A DNA stretch of 64,000 nucleotides from NCBI RefSeq assembly GCF_009914755.1, contig NC_060931.1. One strand, written 5' to 3'. The notes under the pieces are model-generated. The model was not told where the DNA came from and did not search any database. It worked only from the letters and a program-made list of their open reading frames with translations. Shown one piece after another: positions 45,851 through 58,546 of the stretch. Origin of the DNA: the human T2T-CHM13v2.0 reference genome, Homo sapiens. The position numbers and the translations under genes are program-made. Numbering within the stretch: position 1 is the stretch's first letter; each line of letters opens with the position of its first letter.

Positions 45851-47059
45851 AATAAGGGGAGAGTACACAAAAGTAACACATGGAAAACCAAAATTCAATA
45901 ATAGAATGAAAAGGAAAGCATTATTAGTCAGAAAAAAATATTTTCTAATGCAATCTTAGAGAAAATAAAGAGGCACTTATAATTCATCATACAACTAAAA
46001 TCATTCAGTACAGGACTCTATTCCCTAAAGTGGCACTAAAAACATTTCAAGGCAGCTGTTCTTTTTTTTTTTTTTTTTGATGGGAGAAGGGGATCACCAA
46101 ATCCTTCACAAATCTAATAACTATGGATCTTCTCCCTAGAAAAAAATGGACATATGTACATGCACACAAACCCACAATTTTGTGTGTACTCTCAAAAATC
46201 TGGGCTCCAGGTTAAAAATTCCTATGTTAAGGGAAAAGCTAGTCACTTTATAAAGGTTAAGGGTGTAAAAGTATATTAAGTTTCCCTTGCACATGATGCA
46301 TCATGCAGGAATTTAACAACAACAACAAAAAAAACCTGAAGCTTTTAAAGAATTTCTCATTCTTCTGTCATTTTGATTTCAATTTGCTTGCTATGTGAAG
46401 TAGTGGCTTCTTTTATGTGTTGTATAATTTCTTCTGTCCTTTAGTGTAAAATTAATTATGACTATGATTTTAAAGCTTCAGGTTTTTTAAAAAACCATGT
46501 TTAAATAAAATATTAGGTAAGCAAAAGGTGAAGCTTACAAGGAAGGTGTAGGAATTACAAAGTGAGGCAAAAGATCATGTTTAGCCATTCTATGCAAAAA
46601 TTTAGAAGATAAAGTCTAATTGCCCAAAAAGCATTTCTTGATTTACGGTGTGCATGTAAGTGGGGGTGGGGAGGAGAAGCAGGCAGGGAGATCGTTTTGC
46701 CATTTTATTTAGGGCTCTGGCAAATCTGGGCAAACTACCTGATGATTTTTCCACGCTGGCTATGAATGAGAAAGGAAAGAAGCCTCATTTAACAGGTATA
46801 TCTCTCAACACCAAGGAGCAAATGGCACTAACCACTTGCTATGGCTTTGTAAGAAGATCCAGGCAATGAAAGGCTAACACTGAATGCTGGAGAAGGCTTT
46901 GAGCTAGTAAGCATCATTACAAGGAGCCAGAGTTTGTTATAATAACAAGGCCCAGGAGCCTCAGCTCCACAGGAGACATAAGTGAAGTCTTGGCCTCTTA
47001 CAGTAAAAATGAAAACCATAATTAAATTAAGCTATAGTAAAAGGCTGATAATAAGTCTA

Positions 47060-48703
47060 CAATATTAATAAGTCTACAGTATTTTATTGGCATTTTCCAA
47101 ATTGGCAATGTTCTTGTAATGTCTTAAAGTCACTTCTAGATAGAAATTAGAGATTGATGTTTATGCTGAATTTTACAAAAATAACTTAAATGGCTAGACA
47201 ATTCGCTGCTTCTACAGCCTCAGTTAACCAAATCTAAGGATATCTAAGAATAGATTTTTGTTTACCTCACTGTACCTTGGGATAAAGTCATTTAATTTGT
47301 CACATTATATCTAACAGAAAATAATCCAATTTTATATAGAGGTAACCTTGAAAACTCCAACTCCAACATGACATTAAGTACCATCTCCTAATAACATGTT
47401 CTATTATTATTATTTTCAATCTCTAGGCTTCTTTTTTGTATTCACATTATCCCCTTTCATACTTTTTTTTTTTTAACAAATTAAAGCATACCTTTTATCA
47501 TAATGGTTAAAATCTCAAGAGGAGGTGTGACTTTCCCTTTCTTCCCAGATGCTTCATGTAGGCAGAATATGGTCATGTTTTCTGAATCAGCTTTTGTCCA
47601 CTGCTCCAAACTAAGTACAGTTTCTTTTCCTTTATTATCAGTTTTAAAACTATTTCAAGAAATGTGTTTTCAGAAATATCACTTCACATTATGTCCTAAT
47701 AAAGTACTCCACTATTCTCTTGATTAAAATTATCTGTTACAATTTAGGTGGCCTAATTTTAGAGGACATCCAATCTCTTCTCTTCTGCCTTAGTCTCATT
47801 CTGGTCAGGTACTTATAATATTATCTTATTATCACATTTTAATTATTAAACAATGAAATTTCCAAAACAATATCCCACAGAATTACTGTTTGTTCAGTAA
47901 CAATGTTACACTACTATGGTTGCTTTTCACATACAATGTTTACTCCGTATTCAAGTTTCAGATAAGTCAACTATAAACTGAAGTTCTGTTTTTGAGGCAT
48001 TTCCTGGTATACTAGGCAGTGCATTAGAAAAGAGATTATATTGCATTTAGGCTACAATAATTATCTTTTAACCATCTATGCATAATTAACAACCATTCAA
48101 AAAGAAAGTGCAAAAGTGCAAAAGAGAGAGAACAAAACAGTTTCTACACATGTAATGCATATTATAGGATATAAATCTAGACAACTAAAAACAATCGCCA
48201 ACAATATCCTTCTGAGCATTAAATGACACCACCAATTTTGTTTTATATGTATTCTTTCTTCTCAAGTATTCAAAGAATGCAATAGACATTATCTTGTTAA
48301 TTTGCAAATTTTTCAGGAGATTAGGATATTATTTTTTCACAAACCAGAAAACAAGATACTACCATTACCTTTGTATAATTTTTCAATAATAGAGCCAAAA
48401 TAACAACAATTCTAGCTAATCTCACCTGGGATCTTAGTACTACAAGTTTATTTTTATGAGTTAGAAATAGTATCACTCATGAGAAACAATGCCAAAATTA
48501 TTACACTAATAAATTATGTTAAAGGCCTAATGAAGAAATACTTCAACAACTATGAGGTAACACGCTAGCTGTAGGCATGAGGAACGTTTATATTGGCTCT
48601 TCTGGGTGTATACATTAAAAGCAAAATCATAAAGGAATCATGCAAAAATCCAGTTGCCCATGCAAGCACCCCAGAGTCTAATCCTCTCCTCTCAGTTCTG
48701 TTG
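47060..48703 (-). other. CNOT4: 3'UTR of the CNOT4 short isoform (about 1.6 kb, AU-rich, no obvious repeats)
   Basis: Follows the stop of the proximal last exon. The end is inferred from AATAAA at 47088-47083. Confidence 0.7.
47083..47088 (-). terminator. Polyadenylation signal AATAAA, short isoform
   Basis: tttatt on the + strand, with U-rich sequence downstream on the minus strand. Other AATAAA copies lie at 47636-47631 and 48452-48447. Confidence 0.65.
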
Positions 48704-48804
48704 TCAGGCCACAGTAGTGTGGAGACTTGTAGGCTGCTGTCCTTGTTGTAATGAATGGGAAGAGGTTGACAGTGGCATGGTCGAAACCTTCACCTCTTCT
48801 TCCC
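48704..48804 (-). CDS. CNOT4: CNOT4 alternative (proximal) last exon, coding part: GEEEVKVSTMPLSTSSHSLQQGQQPTSLHTTVA*
   Basis: Not in the ORF track (too short). Acceptor ttttccacag|GG GAA GAA GAG, phase 1, TGA at 48706-48704. Matches the recalled C-terminus of the short CNOT4 isoform. Confidence 0.93.
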
Positions 48805-50950
48805 CTGTGGAAAAGTCAGTCATGGTCTAGTTATGGGTGACTAGATTTGTTAACAGTCCCTTTAAAAATGATTTCAATATTTGGAATACTGATACATATA
48901 TAAAATACATGCTTAATGTTTGGAATCCAGGTGTGAAACAAGACATGAATTTTAAAATATAAACTTATCAAGTACTTGGAAAGTAGTTATATTCTAAATA
49001 TATCCTGAGTAATATTGTTTCAGAGATAAGAACAAATACAATAGATTTAGATTATAAACATACTACCAAAAAAAAAAAAAAAAAAAAAGACCAGGAAAGC
49101 CATTCTTTTCCAAGCCAATTGGACCCTTATAGATACTCCTAGTAAATGGTAAATATTAATAGTATTTTGTGAAAAAATTAAACCTTGATTTACAGAAGTG
49201 AAAACTGATTTTTAAAAGAGAAAAATTACAAATCCATGTTTTGAAAGCATAAATTATGTACTAGAAAAAAATGAAAGCTATAAATATTAACTAGTAAATT
49301 AACATACAGCATCTGAAAATTCAAGTTTACCTTTGAAGTAATTGAAAAATAGTAAAATGTTAACAGTACAATGATCCAATTGACTGAAAATGAGATGACT
49401 ACTTCTAGGTCAGAGAATTATAGATGAATGAGATCGGTTCTCCTGATTATAACTGAAAATTATTTGACTACAAGTGACTTGTTTCACACATGACTCAAAA
49501 TTCAATCAAGTCACTGTTAAAACAGTTCATATAGAAACAAAGAAAATTTAAAGAAAAATGCCCTCTCAAAAGTAAAGTTTAAATTAACAAAAACATGAAA
49601 AAAAAATCCAATCCTAAACAGTTTCAAATATTTTTTGAGGTATATCTTGAAACAACAATGCTTACTGACTTATGTTTTCCAAATAATTTTTAACATCATG
49701 GAATAAAAACAACTTGGCAGAATATTTTTTTAAAACAAATCTGCAAAATTACATGTGGAAGGATAACTGACAAAGCAGAAAAAGAGTCTGTCAATCCATA
49801 TAACAGGTGATTTTGTAGTTTTTCAGTAAATTGGCAAAGATTCTTATAAACCCCAAGAACATAGCAATGAGGCTCTGTAAAGCAAATTTTAGACTAGAGT
49901 TCTTAGCAAGAAAATGATATTAATAAGGACTAAGAAACAGACTGATTTCTATCAAGTCGATACACTTTATTCTATTTTGTAACAATAGGCCATATACCCC
50001 TGAGCTGGGCCAATTTGTCTCATGAGTTGATACTGTTGATAAAAAGGGACTTCCAAGTGTGTGAGAGCAAAAACAATTGCCACGGGAAGAAAGCCAAGTT
50101 AAAGCACATGCCAGTGATCTTCATTTATGAAGGAGGGCATCGTTGTAGTGCAAAAACATTTCCATTGTTGAATTTGAGATCTAAGTTCTTACCCTAATTC
50201 CACTACTAATTGAATATGTGACCTTTAACAAATTATTTAAGCTTTCTGGAACACAGCTTTGCTATTCCTAAAATGAAGGAATTGGACAAAACAAAGTCAC
50301 GTTTTAGGACAAGGTAAATCACTTTGTAGAAAGAAGGCATATGGTTCCAATAATAATAAAAAAAAAGATCTGAATGAATTTACTGTAACTGCCCACGAAT
50401 CAAAATTTCCCCCAAGAATATTTATGTCAAAAATATTTCTAAACTTAGTAAACCAAATGCTGCTAAAAAGGTTTCACCTAATTAAGGAAATAACTACTAA
50501 TTTTAAACACAAAAACAGTTTTCAATTAGATCAAAAAAAAAGGAAGCTGCATTTCTGTCAAACCTCTGGCAACTGTTTTTCCCATGATAGGTTTCAGATA
50601 TATCAATCTTTAATAATTCACTGAACAAACCAAAAATAAAAATTTAAGTACAAATGTATAGTAAGTAGACATTCTATCTGTATGACATGTAGGTGACTGC
50701 CATCTCTGATTTGCTCTTACAGGTCAGAGACCATATTTTGCTCTACATATTTAGAGAATAAATATATATGCCTTTCCAGAGTGTAGAATTAGTTTAAAAT
50801 ATTGTCTAAGTATATCTTAAAGTAGCAGGTCCCACTGAAACAGGTATGTACTCTCTCCATTACTGAAGCATTTAGTGACAGCTGCCCTGTGTAAAGTATC
50901 ATGATAACTGCTAAAAGATACAAAGTTGAATCCTTGCCAATAGTTCAACT

Positions 50951-51008
50951 CAGGTGCAAGTGAGTTAGAACAGGTGCAAGTGAGTTACAACAGGTGCAAG
51001 TGAGTTAC
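50951..51008 (+). repeat. 20-bp tandem repeat, about 2.9 copies (CAGGTGCAAGTGAGTTA[G/C]AA)
   Basis: Directly visible. Confidence 0.95.
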
Positions 51009-53827
51009 CTAGGTATTAAATTGCTTCAAATTAGACATAGTTAAGATGTATATATAGTTTTCCAGATTTTCACTTTCTGTCATTTCTAATAGTTACTGAA
51101 AATCCTAAATCTTCTGGCTACAATTACACAGCTATTCTGCTCTGAGGCTTAGCACATTCAGTTTTCTGGGGCATCTACCAAATATTTATAATCCATGAGA
51201 GGATTCTGGTGTGTGAGACTCTTGATAAAAATTTTTAAATTTTGGTACATTAAAACTAAAATTTCTCTAGTCATCAGAGCCTTAAAAATAACCTAATAAT
51301 AAGCTTAACCATAAGTCACCATTTAAATACCAAGCAAGTCTGCATAGCCTGAAATTGAAAATCCAAAATAAACTCTCCCACCCCCTACCAAATAGTACAA
51401 CGATTCAGAACCTAAAGTTGGTGACTACATTTTTAGCATCTCTGAAAAAAAAAGGTTTTAATGCTCTATGGTTGAGTATATGGTAAAAGTTTTAAAAATT
51501 AAAACAAAATCCCCAAAGATAGGACCATAATTTAATGTCACATTTTTTCCATAAAGCATCTACTTTAGACGAAGATTTTAAATGACTAACACAAGGACAA
51601 CTAAACTCACTAATCAGCGATTTCTCATTACCAGTGCAGCATTCTGAGAATAACTATTGGTTTGAAATATATGGGTTAAAACTACTCTTCAGTGTTAAGG
51701 GATAATATGATGACTATGAAATTGGAAGAAAATCAAAGATCGTCATGTAATAAGTCAAATAAAAGCACAAAAAGAAGACAGCTAATAACTAGAATCCCAT
51801 AAAGGCATCCTACTTCCTATCATACCAAGTCCATGCCATTTTGCCTCATTGTCAGAGTTTCTCATCTTCTCATCCATTATATCTATACAATTTAAGAAGC
51901 ACCTCCTGTTATAGGAGGTAGCTGTATTACTTCTCAGTGTAATGACATACTAATTCCTGCCTCTATGCCTTTACTCAGGAGGTTTCCATCAACATAAAAG
52001 GCCTTTTCTCTTCCCCTGCTGCTAACCCAAATCTAAGATATGATAGTAGGGATCAATTCCTACTTATTCAATGAAGCCTCCCCAAGAATTACAGGGTACA
52101 TTGATGTCTCTCAGATTCCAGTATCAGACATATAGTTACCACTTTCACACATTATTTTAGTCTCTTCAACTATACTTTAAGTATGTGGAAATTTTATCCA
52201 TATCTTAAACTTCTTTAATATGTCCCACATGTCCTAATTCATTGATGGGCAAATAGAAACCCTCATATTCACTGTAATTGGTCTAATCTTTAAATGTTTT
52301 GATGATTTGGGAGAACTTAACTTTAACTTTTAATGAATGTTATAATCAATTATGAGATACACTACTAGTAATTAAAATGCCACATTTCTCAATGATTAAA
52401 GCAAAGTAAAATCAAAGAAAATTACATTCTAATATGCTATCTTGAATGGAAGGAAATAAAAGGAGTATTTGGAACTGAACACATTGTTTCACAAGTAAGT
52501 ATCATGTAGAAGAAGAGGACTGAAAAATGTCACTCTGGTTACCTACTAACTACCATAATTAAATGAACAAATAAGAGTCCCAACACTGTGCAAATAACTA
52601 CATTACGTGCTACCAGGCTTATGTAAATTAACTTCACTGTATCAACGGTAAATTTCACTATGTCAACAGCCACAAACTATATTCTCTTAACCTAGCTACT
52701 CGTCTAAAACATGAAATATTGTCGGTCCCAAAGGGAACAGGGATAAAGAACTTTGATAGACCTCTGTAAATTCATCTATCAGCCTTGCTAAAAACAAGAG
52801 CGTGAACTTCCGCCTTGCTGCTGATAAAAGTATCCTATTACAATAATACTGTGCCATGCCATATCTAACAAGGGATAACAATAAATTGTATGAATTATGT
52901 GAAGAACTATTCTAACAGAGTGAGAAACTATTGTATTCTACTTGAGAGAATCATGATTCTATTTCACTTGAGAGAATCAGGAGAGGAACAAACTTTTTTT
53001 AACATCATCTCTAAAGCCAAAGTTAAACGAGAACACTATTAACAAGAATAATTCCCTTGGATATAGAAGATACTTCATCTAAAAAATGTTATATAGAATC
53101 TTAAAACCCAAAAGTTCTGAAACCTTCAAGGGTAGCAGTACAAAACCAGAAGTATTTTGGCATCAAACTTACATTACCTTATATATACTTCATATTTTTC
53201 CCCAGAAATAAAAACATGGCAGATCAAATGGGAAAGTATCTTTCCTTGAACAATTTCTCTTTCACAAAAGGTGTATGTCTGAGACATATGATATGCTTGT
53301 AAAACATTCATAATCAGAGTTCTCAAGTATATTTATAGCTCAGTTTTGATGTGTGTGTATATGTGTATCAGTCAAAACAAGTAACTGCCAAAAGTAGGTA
53401 GAGAGTGGCTTTATCCCTCATGCTCTCATTAATTATCATTAAAAAAATTTTTTTTAACCATTTTACTTTAGAATATAAAATCATAATTTTCACCACGGTG
53501 TTGGACTTTATAGTACCATAACTTCAGAGACCATTTTCTTCTTTTTCATTTTGCATTTGTATACCATATGAAAGTTTGGTAATTATCCTATTAAGTAAAA
53601 TGCTTCCAAACAATAACTAAGTATAATACTCCACCATCCTTATAAAGCTCAATATTACAAGGCATCCATCTAATGAAAAATATATTTTAGATTATGATAA
53701 AGACTAATCTTTCATAGACATTTCCAAGATATTAGTACTCTGTTATTCAACAGTTACTTCCCTATCCACCCAACAACCTGAAAATATGAGTTATTCAAAA
53801 ATTCTCAAAGGTTTTAAATGAACCTAC

Positions 53828-54325
53828 CTGCTACAGGGATCCCTCCCAGACCTGTGTTGTGCTGTGGCGGGAGATTCAAGTCCAAGAAATTACTATTTGA
53901 GGTGGGGTTTGCTGTGTGGTTCAAGTGCATGATGCTATTGCGTGGAAAGGCCATCCAAGGATAGCGGGCTGCCTGGCCTGGAAAACTGAATGAATTATAA
54001 ACCGCTCGGTGCTGCTGAAATTGAGGGAACCTCTGGGGCAAGACTGAAAAGGTACTATTGAGAGAATTGGCATTTGTAGCTGCAGCAGGATGCAGGAATC
54101 CAGAGCCTGGACCTTTGGCGGTTGTAGTGTGTGAAGAGGAGTTCTGAAGAGATGTGGGCGAAAGGGAAGGTTGGTCTTGAACGGACAGTTCCTTCTCAAT
54201 CAGGTCTGCTAAGGCTTTTCGAGTGACATCGAAGGGATCAAAACCCAAGTCATCCTCTGGTTGTTTAGAAGAACCAAAGCCAAAAGCTGCTTGCCAGTCT
54301 GTAGAGGATGATACTGGGATTGTTT
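53828..54325 (-). CDS. CNOT4: CNOT4 coding exon (498 nt; ETIPVSS...EDDLGFDPFDVTRKALADLIEKEL...GGIPVA), containing the CAF40/CNOT9-binding motif
   Basis: ORF 53814..54248 extended upstream. Acceptor ttcttcccaacag|AA, donor GCAG|gtaggt, phase 1-1. Confidence 0.97.
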
Positions 54326-55016
54326 CTGTTGGGAAGAAAAATAGTGATGAATATCAGATACATAGCTCATTTTCATACTTAATAAGTATCCATGCTACTG
54401 AAAGTTAAACATGTCATTTTACAAATTAAGTAAGTGCAAAATCTATGTGACTTCTTAGCACATTAAGATCATATAATTACAAAAGGCCTTATGTACTTCT
54501 AGCAGTTACTTAACTCTTAAGCTACTAGCTTCAAAAACTGAATGATATAGACTGATTTTGCTAATCAAAGGAAAAAAATGTACTTGACACTCCAATTATA
54601 CTCTCAACCATTCATAATCAAAACCAACCTAAGTCACTTCCATCAAATAAATATAACAGATTTTAATTAGTAAAGTTGATTTTTAAATGTATTTATCAAA
54701 GTACAAATAATTTTGAATACATGCTTTCTATACTAAGAAAAATATAATTTAATTAAAAAGTATTTATATTAATCCTCATAGTTTTTTGGAATTTTCTGCT
54801 CCACAGGTGCTGTTGTCAATGTTACTTTTATGCCACCTTTCATAGTAATGAGAGAATTTAGAATGGATAAAAATGGAAATGGCTCAAAAATACCATTTAG
54901 TAGTAACATAACTGTTACTACTAAATAACTTGCATCTTTGTCAGCTGGGGGTGGAAAATCTTAAACACAAATCTAATTAAATAAAAATACAAATCTAATT
55001 AAAAATCTAAGTCCTT

Positions 55017-55281
55017 GCCAGGTGCAGTGCTTCATGCCTGTAATCCCAGCACTTTGGAAGGCTTGGGTGGGAGGATCACTTGAGGCCAGGAGTTCAAGAC
55101 CTGGGCAGTATAGCAAGACCCTGTCTCTACAAAAAATTTAAAAATTAACCAGGAGGCTGAGGTGGGAGGATCACTTGAACCCAGGGTGTGAGGCTGCAGT
55201 GAGCTAAGATCACACTACTTGCACTCCAGCCTGGGCGAGAGACCAAGACCCCCACCTCCAAAAAGTAAAAATGAAAAAAAA
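55017..55281 (+). mobile_element. Alu (J-like) with internal deletions
   Basis: Alu left arm and partial right arm with an A-rich tail. Confidence 0.92.
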
Positions 55282-55543
55282 AATTCCCAATGGAATAAGC
55301 TTTTTACTATTGGGAAAACAATATAACCCTTTACTTCTGGAGAAATCTTTTAACACAGTAATTTCTAGGTCACACAACAATGTATTTAACCACCTAATTC
55401 CATGTAGTTTAAATATTTGCATTTTTATTAAAAGAGAACAGAGAGGCAAAAGATAAAAATATATCCACTAATGAGTTTCATGTTAGTCTGTCAACAATAC
55501 GTTAAGAGCATAATTACTAATACTTGGTACTATTGTTATATAC

Positions 55544-55793
55544 CTGATGTGAAGAGGCTCTGTGGTTCTGGTGCTGTAGGCCAGTCACTGGATGTCTGTG
55601 GGGAGCTGGGGAAAGGAGGAAGCCCACTTGGGATAGGGTTGGGATGGCGAAAATTGTCTGAGAATAACGACTGTGACTCTGTTACTGCCCCTTCAAAAGG
55701 GGACCGTGCACTGTGATTGGATGAACTGATGGGGATGACTGGATTGGATTTTGACAAACCAGGTGGTGGTGAAGGCGTATCACTGTTAGATAT
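55544..55793 (-). CDS. CNOT4: CNOT4 internal coding exon (250 nt; ISNSDTPSPPPGL...QSLFTS)
   Basis: ORF 55536..55814. Acceptor ttttttattcag|ATA, donor TCAG|gtatat. It ends in phase 1, compatible with the next exon (G+AA = Glu). Confidence 0.97.
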
Positions 55794-56006
55794 CTGAATA
55801 AAAAAGGAAAACAAATAATAACTACATGTTTATACATTTTAATAAGCCACAATTAAAAAGTTTGCAACTAAATGTATTAGAATAGTGTTTCACAAACTGG
55901 TACTTGAAGATGTTTTAATGAAAGCATGAAGTTTCAGAAAATCAATTAAATCATTAACTTACATATATACTCTTTAAAAAAATATTAATCTGCTTGAAAA
56001 GATTAA

Positions 56007-56324
<318 letters not shown>

Positions 56325-58077
56325 CATCTCCTCTCTTTTTACAACTTTACTTCTCTCACTTTACCAAGAAAATAATATTTCTCATTCTGGGATTTTACTA
56401 CAGTATTTTGCTCAAGAGTGAAAACTTTCCAGAGGCCAAACACAAATTATTAGAAATACATGGATTGGTGATAAGAGAGAAACTGACTGTAATGGCTAGA
56501 TTATTAAAGAAAGATCTAATTAAGTTGTTTCCAAACACATCATTAAAAATAATTTTGTATAATAAATCTTTGTATGATTCTTAGGTATTTAATTCAGAAG
56601 AAATTGAAAGACTTGAGTGGTACTGATATAATACTCCTCCTTCCATCTACCTATTTATATGAACAAAGTATCTTATCTCAACACTTACATCTTAGAAAAA
56701 TAAAAAACACGACTAGATTGCTGCTGAAACTTGGCTCTTTTACCAATAGGTAACATTAATCTAGAGATACATACAAACCAATTTTAAAATGGCCCTATTC
56801 TTCATTAAGAGATGAATTTTCAATATAATTTTACTATTTATTTTACTATAATTTTACCATTTATTACTATTTGTTTCATGGTTTTTAAAATTAAAATCTA
56901 CATTTATGTATAGTGTCACCTCAATACTACTAATAAAATTCAGAAGACAAAAATTGGCATTTGAAGTCTGTGACCGCAAAAACATTATTTCAATCCAAAA
57001 ATTTATATGCCTATTTTTAAGAGAAGTATATGCTTTTCAAGCAAAAACTATATTGCATTAAGATAAAACTCTATAATAACAGAAAGAGAAAAATTAGTTC
57101 ACAGAGAAAAAAATAATGTAAAACTTCTGATTGTTAAAGGAGAGCATGTGTATTTTTTTAAATGGATGACAGGATAATAAAACATAATTATGATCAAAAC
57201 ATTATGATGGGATATCAAAACATTAAATTTTTCAGATACCAATATTTCTAATATGCTGGAAATTACATCCTTTGCAACTACTTTTAACCTGTAAAAAATG
57301 TTAATGGGCAACTAAAATACACAAGGGGATATACAGATTTCCACATTCTTTTACAAAATGTGTCATTAAAACGTTTAGAAAAGCATTATATTTTAGATCT
57401 CTAAGTTTTTCATAAATACTGTGGAGGACTGGCTATTCTTTACGGGAGATACTAAATTACATTTATTTTACCAATGTAAGAAGATGTATAGAAACTCAAG
57501 GAGTGAAAAACTAGCCAAAAAAAAAAAAAAGTTCCCTGAGCAACAAGACAAGATGACATAAAGCATGCTCTAACGGTCAGCACTCCACTCAGTTTCATAG
57601 TAAATTCAACTTTGAACAGTTTATCTGGCTTATCATTTCAAAGCTGATAGTCATTTGGGGAAAATAAGAAGGGAAACTGTTAGGGACAAATACACTTGAC
57701 TGAAATAGAAAATTAAAGTAGAGAGCAAGGGGCAAGGGGAGTATGTGGTAGGAATACAATTCTTAAAAGCAAGGAACTCAGAAGGCATGCTAGCCTGGGA
57801 CCATTTGGCACAGGGTCAAAAAGACCAATAACATTAGCAGACTCTAAAGATAATAGTATCTGGTCATAATGATAATTCTGAGTCATTAAAAAAGGGTTAA
57901 ACTATGCTCTATATATTCTGGGGGGAAAAGGCTAATTATAATATGATTAATAAAGATGAGCATCAAAAGTGTTTTTAAATTGTGTCAGTAAAGTATTTTT
58001 AGAAAATTCACCTGCATGGAATACCTTGCTTTCGGAGTATGGCAAATAAATCAAGTGATACTGTATTCAAATCTTAC

Positions 58078-58135
58078 CTGCTGGGAATTATCACCGTTCC
58101 CTATACTGAGAGAATCTGAAGGTTTGTCAATGGGG
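58078..58135 (-). CDS. CNOT4: CNOT4 internal coding exon (58 nt; PIDKPSDSLSIGNGDNSQQ)
   Basis: Minus strand reads ttttatag|C CCC ATT GAC...CAG CAG|gtaaga. The translation matches recalled human CNOT4, and the phase-0 end joins the next exon (ISNSDT). Confidence 0.95.
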
Positions 58136-58302
58136 CTATAAAAAGAAAACAAATTGAATAAAATCAGAATATAGTCATTCTCCTACAATAAAAACAAACT
58201 CCTCAAAAGAAAAAAAAAACAGACACTTTACCATCTTAACAAATGTTTATTGAGGTACTGGGAAGTAAAACATTGATTAAATGTTGAGGACACAAAGAAG
58301 TA

Positions 58303-58546
58303 CAGGTTGAGCATCCCAAATCAGAAAATCCAATATCTGAACTGCTTCAAAATTTGAAACTTATTGCACGCTGACATGACACTCAAAGAAAATTGGTCAC
58401 TAGAGCATTTCAGAGTTCAGATTCTCAGATTTGGGGTGTTCGCCCAATAAGTATAATGCAAGTATCCCAAAATCCAAAAGAAAAAAAAATCTGAAATCCA
58501 AAACACTTCTGTTCCCAAGAGTTTTCAACTAGGGATACTCAACCTG
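58303..58546. mobile_element. Tigger4a/MER46-type DNA transposon, full length
   Basis: Terminal inverted repeats caggttgagcatccc ... gggatactcaacctg, flanked by TA. Confidence 0.85.

Noticed and set aside
50951-51008. CRISPR-like repeat array
   Set aside because: Head-to-tail repeats without unique spacers, in primate DNA with no cas genes.
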